A DNA stretch of 64,000 bases from an uncultured bacterium (GTDB lineage Bacteria > Hinthialibacterota > Hinthialibacteria > OLB16), in NCBI GenBank assembly GCA_964481775.1, contig CAYZUX010000001.1, forward strand, positions 16,840-80,839, given 5' to 3'. The notes below the pieces were generated by a model that saw nothing but the letters and a program-made list of their open reading frames with translations, was not told where the DNA came from and did not search any database. Positions 49,657 through 58,137 of this stretch are shown piece after piece (the first letter of the stretch is position 1; every line of letters starts with the position of its first letter). Position numbers and translations under genes: made by a program.

Positions 49657-50231
49657 CTAAAATGGACCCACGCGAAGTATGTCACCATTGCTCTGAGTGC
49701 CATTGGTGGGGGAGTAAAAGATCTCACGTATATTCTTTACACGGTAAGGATCCATGACGATATCAATATCTCTGTCGGGACCTTGAGATGCGATGTACCA
49801 TTCCGATTTTCTCCCCAGGATGGTGGTCAGGATCTGCTTGAAGAAAACTTCACCCTCCCATGTATTCTTCAATGGAACAATAAAATCAAAGACCCTGTAT
49901 TGCTTGGGATTTGTGTTCCAATCACTCAGGATGACATCATCCCCAAACTGGTCGATGGGAAATCCCGCGATATATTTCACGGGTGTTGTCAAATGAACCC
50001 ATCTTTGCTCGATATAGCGGGTATTTGCAGCGGCTGGATATTTCTTGAAGTCAAGATGATATGCCTCAAGGGCAATACCATACGAGCGAATTTCCGCCGT
50101 CACTTTCGTAACCTTCGCCCGAAGCTGGGCTTCGAGGAAGTTGGGTAATGCAATAGCGATAAGAATCAGAATGATTGCAATGACTATCAGCAGTTCAATT
50201 AAGGTGAATCCCTGTCTTGATATTGTCCGCA
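49657..50231 (-). CDS. GspG-like pseudopilin / prepilin-type N-terminal cleavage-methylation domain protein (paralogue 3 of 3)
   Basis: MRTISRQ|GFTLIELLIVIAIILILIAIALPNFLEAQLRAKVTKVTAEIRSYGIALEAY with C-terminus SPTNGTQSNGDILRVGPF. AAAGAGGA lies 8 nt upstream of the ATG at 50231; the track ORF starts 12 codons earlier at 50268. Confidence 0.85.
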
Positions 50232-50271
50232 TCTGGTTATCCTCTTTTTCCATCTGTTTGTCTGGCACGGA

Positions 50272-53200
50272 TTATTTCGTTTCAAGCCAGACTTTAAGTG
50301 TGTCACATTTTCGGTCCCGGATTCGTTCGACCTCAGATACGGCAAGATTTGAGATCTGAACAGGTTCTTCATCATCTATCGATATCAGGCCTGGACGAAC
50401 GGCATTAGTCCCATAAGTATTGCTGCGAGCCGGATTGATATAGATGAGCAGGATCTTGCCCAGAAAAACACAGGTGAATGTGTTACCTGGAATTGGAACT
50501 TCTTTGCCGTTCCATTGAAGTGTGGTTTCATCTGGATGAAACCAGGTTCCGGGCAGGACCGGTGATAGTGAAAGACGTAAAAGCCCATTCTGCGTGTAAA
50601 ATGGGCGCTCTCCCACGGTCAAAATGAGCCAGATATGAATGAACTCCGCTGTTGCACCGGATAACCTTGCAACAAATCCCTGGCCACGAACCTTTGGATC
50701 GGGGCAAACACTCGAGGCAATGAAAGAGCTATTTTCCAGGATGCTCCTGCCATAGATGGCGGGATCCATGAATGGAACAAGCATCGTCTCGGAATCTCTG
50801 AAGAACTGGTCAATCAATCCTGCTCGGAGGATTTCAAGGAGATACTTGTAACTCATGTGCGGCCAGACAGATTCATTCTCGAACCAGCCACGTGTAAAGG
50901 TACGCGCGCGCCCGATAGTTGCAGGCCAACTTCTCAGGGAATCGTTCAGCTTGTACATGCATAATGCGTGGTCAAAAAGAGGGCTATTACGGACGCTCCG
51001 GTATATCTGGAGGGCTTTCCCGGGATCCTCCATATTCCTGAGCAAATGTACCTGCCCTTCCAGAAAAAGGGGAAGGCTTTCATGGTGAAAGTTCGTTATG
51101 CTTACACCGGTGATGTCTTGCCCGATACGGGAAGGATCGGTAACGTCCACAGCTGAGAAATTTCCGGGTTTCCCGATGTAGTAAGTATGAACCAAGCCTG
51201 TTTCAGGGTCTTTGGCGGCCTCAAGACCCTTGCTAGCTTTACACTCCACAGCCTGTAGCAAAGTCTCGAGGTGATTTCCTTCAATCGACTTCGTCAAGCC
51301 GGTTGTCGTCTGGTAAACCCGGTGGCGGAAGTCTTCCCTGAGATGGGTCGCTGAATCCCAATTGGCATCCTGCTCCCGAAGAAGCGTTATGGCTGATTCC
51401 AGGAACTCAGCCACTTCCAGGGGAAATGTTGTTGTGGGAGGCTGGGGCAAGTTTTTCCGGAGCCAACGCGCCAGACGCGCCAGCTCGGCAGTCTCACAAG
51501 TTGAGGATCCAAAGAGAGCAGGGAGCCCATTAAGCGAGTCATTCCAGCCGGGACGCCCTGCCTCCATCTCGATACCGATGCCTTGGGAATCAAACGAAAG
51601 GGCTTTGACTGCACAGAGGGTACAAAGCTTGGCAAATGGTGTGACAGGTGGAAGGCCCTGATGGATTGGAGGACCATCCTGGACAGCATGGAGTTGCAGA
51701 GGGCCTTGTGGACGAAGCTGGTACTTTTCGCTGCGATCCTTCACCCTGGCTCCATTCCAGAACCAACCAATATCCGCAGTTTCTGTCAGCATCGATTGCA
51801 GCTCATCAGGCCAAATTGCGGCAAAGGATTCCAGCAGATCTGTGACATAGGTCCAGTGATCGATCCAATAACCACCCTCATGACCCGATGCGGCCAGCGT
51901 GGTGTCGCAATGCTGCAGGATTCTGAATGCCCAACTCCAAACACGAGTAGCAGGTATTTCGTGCCGCATGGCCCATGCAACCAGGGACCCCGGAGAGAAA
52001 GGATGCTCAAGTATCCGCTTAAGACTCTCCAGCGAGGACCCTGAAACATCGGACAACAACTCCTCAAGACAGAGATTCCTGGGGAAAATCCAGCGATACC
52101 CATCGATCGCCAGAGGATTATACCCATCCGCCTGGATCAGAGAGAGAAACAAGCGGATCTCGGTATCTTTCAGTTCCGGGTGAAACCACACATTATGCCG
52201 CCGATTCTGCAGGATATCCCGGAAATTTCCGGGACCGCTGGAGAGTGGTTCATCGGGAACGACAAAATCGTTGTAATCCCTTTCAAGATCTCCATGCCTG
52301 CGTCCATAAAGATAGACTGGACGGTCCCCCTCACGACTGGGAAGAAACTCCGGTATCCCTCCTCGCAGAAGGTTGTCAAGGTAATTTTGACGGCAATAAG
52401 CGTCGAACTCAGGCCGGCTGGAACGGGTGAAAGCGGGAAGCGTGACAGAATGAATCAGGTCTTTGCTGGCTTGGCTGAAACGCTGAATGTCATCCTGATG
52501 CCGGACTTGCTGGAGGAAATGATTAGCCATTGATTCATGATGAGCATGGCCAAACATCTCAATGAGTCTGATGGATTTCCCCGCCTCCAGGATGGTTTCC
52601 ACCCCCGCAAATGCGCAGGGCATCCGGTTCTCCCATACCTGGCCGTTACGATCCAGATGGTCCTCTTCAATGAAAATTCTCGGTATCACCAGGTCATTAC
52701 CGATTCCAAATACAATGCCTGGATCCACCACGGGTTCAATGGGGTGAAGCTTGTCTCCATCCATTAACCAGGCGGCAAAGAAGTTTCCTTCCTCAACTTC
52801 CCCCACCTCGGCTTCGTCATGGACTCGGACACGTGATGAATAGAATGCCGTTGAACCACCAATGAGACGTACCGAAGCGTAGGCCTCGTGAATCCGTCTC
52901 ATCTTCTTGATTCCAAAATCGGTGAATCCCGCAGGCAGAATGAGTGGCAATCCATCCAGGACGGAGACCTTGACCTGCCCTGTACTTCTGTTGGTTATCT
53001 TCACAACCCTGATCAAGGCGGCCACGGGCTGGTCGACTACACTGAGATACTGCATTTCAAATTGGAGTGGATAACTGCTGGGGACTTCACTGATTTTTAT
53101 ACGGTCTGATTCGATCGTCAGTAAGCGCCGGCTCCTGGTGCTTTCCCGCGAAAGATTGTTCTGGAAAGGTTCATAATAAGTGTTTCCCGTCTTACAAAAA

Positions 53201-53556
53201 GTCCTGAAACCCTGGAGTCCCACCATCTGATAGGCCCAGGTTGCCGGCAAAAACTCGGCGATGGCATGATCTTTGTCTCTGACACCAAATGAGACGACAC
53301 ACTGTGCACGGTTGACATACAGACACCACAGTGGAATTCCTTGTCGACCGGCAATTCCCGGCAGGAAACTCGAGAAGGGCGGTCCTTGATCGTATTGAAA
53401 GATCTGAAAAGAGCCATCCGGAGTTAGCTGATAAAGGGGCTTCCGGGGCTTGCGCCTGGACTTATCAACCTTGCCAGCGGGTTCCTTATCTGGAGAACAC
53501 TCCATGAGTTGGGAGGCTGGATCGCTGATCAGAGACTCAAGGGACATGGCACACAT
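50272..53556 (-). CDS. Large, apparently cytoplasmic (alpha/alpha)6-type glycoside phosphorylase/hydrolase-like protein (GH94-like WND motif)
   Basis: No signal peptide. An N-terminal beta-sandwich-like region (GIPLWCLYVNRAQCVVSFGVRDKDHAIAEF) is followed by a large helical domain containing GRPGWNDSLNGLP, which resembles the GH94 catalytic-acid region (DWND). The first ~88 codons of the track ORF (to 53820) look non-coding, so the start is placed at an internal Met (~53556) and is uncertain. Confidence 0.5.
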   Translation of the reverse strand: MCAMSLESLISDPASQLMECSPDKEPAGKVDKSRRKPRKPLYQLTPDGSFQIFQYDQGPPFSSFLPGIAGRQGIPLWCLYVNRAQCVVSFGVRDKDHAIAEFLPATWAYQMVGLQGFRTFCKTGNTYYEPFQNNLSRESTRSRRLLTIESDRIKISEVPSSYPLQFEMQYLSVVDQPVAALIRVVKITNRSTGQVKVSVLDGLPLILPAGFTDFGIKKMRRIHEAYASVRLIGGSTAFYSSRVRVHDEAEVGEVEEGNFFAAWLMDGDKLHPIEPVVDPGIVFGIGNDLVIPRIFIEEDHLDRNGQVWENRMPCAFAGVETILEAGKSIRLIEMFGHAHHESMANHFLQQVRHQDDIQRFSQASKDLIHSVTLPAFTRSSRPEFDAYCRQNYLDNLLRGGIPEFLPSREGDRPVYLYGRRHGDLERDYNDFVVPDEPLSSGPGNFRDILQNRRHNVWFHPELKDTEIRLFLSLIQADGYNPLAIDGYRWIFPRNLCLEELLSDVSGSSLESLKRILEHPFSPGSLVAWAMRHEIPATRVWSWAFRILQHCDTTLAASGHEGGYWIDHWTYVTDLLESFAAIWPDELQSMLTETADIGWFWNGARVKDRSEKYQLRPQGPLQLHAVQDGPPIHQGLPPVTPFAKLCTLCAVKALSFDSQGIGIEMEAGRPGWNDSLNGLPALFGSSTCETAELARLARWLRKNLPQPPTTTFPLEVAEFLESAITLLREQDANWDSATHLREDFRHRVYQTTTGLTKSIEGNHLETLLQAVECKASKGLEAAKDPETGLVHTYYIGKPGNFSAVDVTDPSRIGQDITGVSITNFHHESLPLFLEGQVHLLRNMEDPGKALQIYRSVRNSPLFDHALCMYKLNDSLRSWPATIGRARTFTRGWFENESVWPHMSYKYLLEILRAGLIDQFFRDSETMLVPFMDPAIYGRSILENSSFIASSVCPDPKVRGQGFVARLSGATAEFIHIWLILTVGERPFYTQNGLLRLSLSPVLPGTWFHPDETTLQWNGKEVPIPGNTFTCVFLGKILLIYINPARSNTYGTNAVRPGLISIDDEEPVQISNLAVSEVERIRDRKCDTLKVWLETK

Positions 53557-53844
53557 GATGGTCACGTTAACAACGATAGGTCCAAAAAAGTCTCTTGTCA
53601 AGCGAGTATTGTGTAAAACGTATACAGGATAATCCCGGTTGGGTTTCGTAAGTCTAATAAAATCAATATAAAAAAGTAATTTTACTGGGTTTCTTCTGGC
53701 TTGGTACTTGTCCCTCTCGAAGCTTTGGAGAACTGTATTTGCCAGATACCAGCCATCCGGAATCCCGTTTTTATATTGGCTTGACAAGCCAATATACGAC
53801 AAGTATGTTATGGATAACATAAGTCAGTTCAGGCACTTTTTTCT

Positions 53845-54972
53845 ATGCAACGAACCAAAAAGCAACCTGCGATCAATAAGAGGAAGCCGCTTTACAAATC
53901 CGGACGAGAAGCATCCCGGCAGCGAGGCACCGCCTCGAAAGCCTCCGAAGTAGCCAAACGTGCCCGGGTCTCCTTGATGACAGTTTCCCGGGTGTTCAGT
54001 AATCCCGGGGTAGTCTCTTCCGAAACAAGACAGAGGGTTCTTGCCGCGGCCACTGAGCTCGGCTATGAGTCCAACCATGCAGCCCGGGTTCTCCGGACTG
54101 GTCAATCCAATGCGGTTGGTTTGCTGATGGCTTCCCATATGTCCTTGCGAGGGGGATTCCATTCTGAATTCCTTGCGGCCTTTGAATCGCAGGCTTCCAA
54201 GGGAGGTCTGGAAGTCATTATCTCTGCCTCCAATTCCGATGAACCTCTCTGGAAACGTGCCCAACGCCTGGTGGCATCACGGACTTGTGGTGGCCTGGTT
54301 GTCCGGTATGACCTCCTCTCCGAAAAAGAAGTCGGTGAGCTTTCCAAGGTAGATGCACCGTTGGTTCTGGCCAACTATCACAGGGATCTCCCTCTTGTAA
54401 AAATGGGCCTACATTCGGTTGGTTTTGATAACAAGGAGGGAACCCGCAGCGCGGTTCGTCATCTTGTCGCCTTGGGCCATAAACGGATTGCTTATCTGGG
54501 TGGTACGCCGGGATGGATGGATTCCGTGGATCGTGAGGAAGGTTTCCGTGCGGGAATGCACGAGGCGGAACTGGAGGTGGAAGAAAGCTGGATTGAACCC
54601 TGTAATTTCTCCGAAGGTTTTGATGCCGCTTTTGAGAGGACAGCACAAATTCTGAGCCGGAAAGTGGAAGGTCCCACCGCGCTTGTTTGTGCTTCCGATG
54701 AAATCGCCGCGGGCGCAATGGCTTGTCTTCGTCGTTGGGGAAAAAAGGTTCCCAAGGACTTCTCTGTGACTGGGTTCGATGACAACCGCTGGTGTGCTTA
54801 CCTTTCCACCCCACTCACCACGATTCGCCATAGTGGTTGGGCCTTGGGTGAGGCAGTAGGGACACTCCTCATCGATCTGATGAAAAGCGACAGTTTCATC
54901 CCGGTCCGGGAGGTAGTCCTGGAGCTACAACTGATTGTCCGTGAATCGACCGGACCTGCTCCAGGCAACTGA
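53845..54972 (+). CDS. LacI-family transcriptional regulator
   Basis: HTH ASEVAKRARVSLMTVSRVFSN plus a sugar-binding-fold effector domain. It is divergent from the GH94-like/pseudopilin/CBM/GH16 operon and leads the downstream ABC/GH16 operon. Confidence 0.85.
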   Translation: MQRTKKQPAINKRKPLYKSGREASRQRGTASKASEVAKRARVSLMTVSRVFSNPGVVSSETRQRVLAAATELGYESNHAARVLRTGQSNAVGLLMASHMSLRGGFHSEFLAAFESQASKGGLEVIISASNSDEPLWKRAQRLVASRTCGGLVVRYDLLSEKEVGELSKVDAPLVLANYHRDLPLVKMGLHSVGFDNKEGTRSAVRHLVALGHKRIAYLGGTPGWMDSVDREEGFRAGMHEAELEVEESWIEPCNFSEGFDAAFERTAQILSRKVEGPTALVCASDEIAAGAMACLRRWGKKVPKDFSVTGFDDNRWCAYLSTPLTTIRHSGWALGEAVGTLLIDLMKSDSFIPVREVVLELQLIVRESTGPAPGN

Positions 54973-54979
54973 TTCAATC

Positions 54980-56350
54980 ATGTTCCACGCCACATCGGAT
55001 ACAATGCATCACCCATGGCGGTCTATCGGCCTGATCGTTTTCATGTCCGGTGTGTGGATTTCCTGCCAATACCCTATGGAAAATGAATCCAGTGGCCGGG
55101 TAATCTTGAAGTACTGGGAGAAATGGACAGGATCTGAAGGCCAGGCTATGCGGGAAATTGTGGATGCCTTCAATGCCTCCCAGGACCGGTACTTTGTCAA
55201 CTACATGGAGGTGGGAGGCAGTCAGATTGACCGCAAACTGGTGGTGGCAATCGCTGGGGGAAACCCACCAGACATTGCAGGTTTCTGGAACGACCGTGTG
55301 GCTGACTATGTTCAGAATGGAGCACTGACTCCGATTGACAATCGGATGGCTAAGGCCGGCCTCCGGGTGGAGGATTACCTCCCGGCGGTGATGAACTGCT
55401 GCCGTTATGAAGGACATACTTGGGGGCTCCCTTTGACTCCAGCCACCCTTGCCCTTTTCTATAACAGGAAACTTTTCCGGGAAGCTGGCTTGGATCCGGA
55501 TCGTCCACCTGAAACGATTGGGGAGTTGGATGCCTACGCTGAAAAACTGACTCAACGTGACCCCCAAGGAAAAATCCTCACTCTCGGTTTTTCTCCCGAT
55601 ATTCCTGGTTGGTGGAATCACCTCTGGGGATTCTGGTTTGAAGGGAACCTTTGGGATGCGGATTCAGGTATCACTGTCTCGACCCACTCTCAGCTTGCTG
55701 CTTTGCAGTGGGCCCAGGCATACTTCAAGAAATACGGGGTACGTGAACTCGACCGTTTCAAAGCAGCGGCGGAAAATTTTGATTCCCCCCAGTGGCCTTT
55801 TTTCAGCGAACACCTCGCCATGGTCATTCAGGGCGTCTGGACCTCCAACTTTATTGGACGTCATGCACCCCATCTGGACTGGGGCGTGGCCCCTTTTCCC
55901 TCCGCTTCGACCGGAACCGGTACGGTTACTTTTCTTCAGTGTGACTTGCTGGTAATTCCCAAAGGCTGCCTGCATCCTGATGGGGCCTGGGAATTTGTCA
56001 GGTTTACTCAAAAACCTGAGAATCTGGAGAAACTGAATACTCTGCACCATAAATTCTCACCCCTGGCAGATGTTTCCGCGAAATTCTACCGTGAGCATCC
56101 GAATCCTCATATCCGGCTTTTCCGGGAGTTGGCCACCACGGGCCAGATTCATGTGGCGCCACCGATACCCAGATTCAGCGAGTTACAGAGGTGGATGATC
56201 CACTCCTTCAACCAGGTCTGCAAATCTGGAAGTGACCCGGTCGAAGTGCTCCAGGAGGCCCAGGCCGAGGTTCAGAAAGGCTACAACCGGGCTCTCCAAC
56301 AGTGGAATCGTGTGGCGGAGAATCGACGGAAACAATGGATGGAACCATGA
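54980..56350 (+). CDS. ABC transporter extracellular solute-binding protein (family 1, sugar)
   Basis: N-terminal anchor IGLIVFMSGVWISC and an SBP_bac_1-like sequence (KYWEKWTGSEGQAMREIVDAFNASQDRYFVNYMEVGG). Confidence 0.8.
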   Translation: MFHATSDTMHHPWRSIGLIVFMSGVWISCQYPMENESSGRVILKYWEKWTGSEGQAMREIVDAFNASQDRYFVNYMEVGGSQIDRKLVVAIAGGNPPDIAGFWNDRVADYVQNGALTPIDNRMAKAGLRVEDYLPAVMNCCRYEGHTWGLPLTPATLALFYNRKLFREAGLDPDRPPETIGELDAYAEKLTQRDPQGKILTLGFSPDIPGWWNHLWGFWFEGNLWDADSGITVSTHSQLAALQWAQAYFKKYGVRELDRFKAAAENFDSPQWPFFSEHLAMVIQGVWTSNFIGRHAPHLDWGVAPFPSASTGTGTVTFLQCDLLVIPKGCLHPDGAWEFVRFTQKPENLEKLNTLHHKFSPLADVSAKFYREHPNPHIRLFRELATTGQIHVAPPIPRFSELQRWMIHSFNQVCKSGSDPVEVLQEAQAEVQKGYNRALQQWNRVAENRRKQWMEP

Positions 56351-57234
56351 GGTTGCGATATTCAAGGAATCTTCGGAATGGCCTTCTCTTCGTTTCACCC
56401 TGGCTGGTGGGATTGACTGTTTTCAACCTGTGGCCCCTGGCTCGTTCGCTTTATTTCAGCTTTTGTGATTATTCAGTCTTAAATCCCCCCATCTTTATTG
56501 GGTTGGGAAATTACAGCGATCTCTGGGATGATCCGCTTCTGATGGTATCACTCAAAAACACAATCCTTTATGCAGCAGTGGCGGTGCCCATCGGTATGCT
56601 GGTTTCCATGGCCCTGGCGTTGCTGCTCAATGGGCCGATTATGGGACGTTCTTTCTTCAGGGCTGTGGTGTTTCTCCCTTCGCTGATTCCTCTTGTGGCA
56701 ATGGCGGTTCTCTGGCGGGGAATGTTCAATGGGGAATATGGCATCATTAACTTCTTCCTCTCCAGGGTGGGCATTGATGGTCCGAACTGGCTGGGCGATA
56801 GCAAGTGGATGAAACCGGCCTTACTGCTGATGGGATTGTGGGGAACAGGAAACTCGGTGGTGCTGTACCTGGCCGGGCTCCAGGAAGTGCCACGGAACCT
56901 TTATGAGGCCGCGCAGATTGATGGATCGAACTGGCTCCAAACCACCCTTCATGTCACCCTTCCTTCCATCTCTCCCGTCATCTATTTCAACCTCATGATC
57001 AGTATCATCTTCGTCCTCCAGTTTTTTGTCACACCCTATGTCGTTTTTGATCCCGATGGAGGGACTGGTCGGTCCGCCCTTTTTTACAGCATGCATCTCA
57101 TCAATGAAGGCTTCGTCTCTCTCCGTATGGGATATGCCTGTGCTATGGCCTGGGTCCTGTTTGTCATGATCGCGGCGCTGACGGCACTCATGCATGGCCT
57201 GACTCGTTCCAGAATCTATTATGGAGGTTTGTGA
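56347..57234 (+). CDS. Carbohydrate ABC transporter permease (MalF-type)
   Basis: ATGA overlap with the SBP gene. EAA-loop YEAAQIDGSNWLQTTLHVTLPSISP. Confidence 0.85.
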   Translation: MRLRYSRNLRNGLLFVSPWLVGLTVFNLWPLARSLYFSFCDYSVLNPPIFIGLGNYSDLWDDPLLMVSLKNTILYAAVAVPIGMLVSMALALLLNGPIMGRSFFRAVVFLPSLIPLVAMAVLWRGMFNGEYGIINFFLSRVGIDGPNWLGDSKWMKPALLLMGLWGTGNSVVLYLAGLQEVPRNLYEAAQIDGSNWLQTTLHVTLPSISPVIYFNLMISIIFVLQFFVTPYVVFDPDGGTGRSALFYSMHLINEGFVSLRMGYACAMAWVLFVMIAALTALMHGLTRSRIYYGGL

Positions 57235-58133
57235 GAATGAACAGTTTCTCACCTGAAAAAGAGCCTCCAGTAGGCAGTCTCCACCGTAAATGGTTCCTCA
57301 ATCATCCGTATTTGATAAAGAGCATCCTGATCCATTCTGCTCTGATTGTCATAGCTGTTCTCTTCCTCTTCCCACTGGTGTGGATGGTGACCACCTCTTT
57401 GAAGCATTTTCACCAGGCTGTTCAGATACCTCCGGCGTGGATTCCCTCACCAGTTGTCTGGTCAAATTATGTGGATGCCACGACAGGCAACAACCGCTTC
57501 TGGACATACTTTGGAAACACACTCTTTCTCTGCGTGCTCAACATTGTCGGTACAGTGGGCTCCTGTTCACTTGTGGCTTATGGATTCTCCAGGATTGAGT
57601 GGCCGGGAAGAGATCTGCTATTCATGATCACTTTGGCGACCATGATGATTCCACAACCGGTACTTCTGGTCCCGCTTTACCAGCTGTTCCGTGACCTTGG
57701 TTGGATCGGGAGTCTAAAACCATTATGGGCTCCAGCCTTTTTTGCTTCAGCCTATAACATTTTTCTTATCCGCCAGTTTTTCCTGACCCTGCCCAAGGAA
57801 CTCAGCGAAGCGGCCTGGGTGGATGGATGCAGTGAATGGAGAATTTTCTGGCAAATCATCTTGCCCCTTTCCAAGCCGGTTCTGATGGTGGTAGGCCTTT
57901 TCAGCTTCATGTTCATCTGGAATGATTTCATGGGACCACTCATTTATCTGACAGACCCAGATCACTTCACACTTGCTTTGGGTTTACAGGCTTACCAGAG
58001 CCAGCTTGGGGGAACTGAAGTCCATCTCCTCATGGCAGCAGCAGTTCTCATGGTACTTCCTGTTGTGATCCTCTTCTTTTTCACACAGAAGACCTTTATA
58101 GAAGGGATCTCCCTGACTGGTTTGAAGGGTTGA
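57231..58133 (+). CDS. Carbohydrate ABC transporter permease (MalG-type)
   Basis: ATGA overlap with the upstream gene. EAA-loop SEAAWVDGCSEWRIFWQIILPLSKP. Confidence 0.85.
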   Translation: MRMNSFSPEKEPPVGSLHRKWFLNHPYLIKSILIHSALIVIAVLFLFPLVWMVTTSLKHFHQAVQIPPAWIPSPVVWSNYVDATTGNNRFWTYFGNTLFLCVLNIVGTVGSCSLVAYGFSRIEWPGRDLLFMITLATMMIPQPVLLVPLYQLFRDLGWIGSLKPLWAPAFFASAYNIFLIRQFFLTLPKELSEAAWVDGCSEWRIFWQIILPLSKPVLMVVGLFSFMFIWNDFMGPLIYLTDPDHFTLALGLQAYQSQLGGTEVHLLMAAAVLMVLPVVILFFFTQKTFIEGISLTGLKG

Positions 58134-58137
58134 TACG

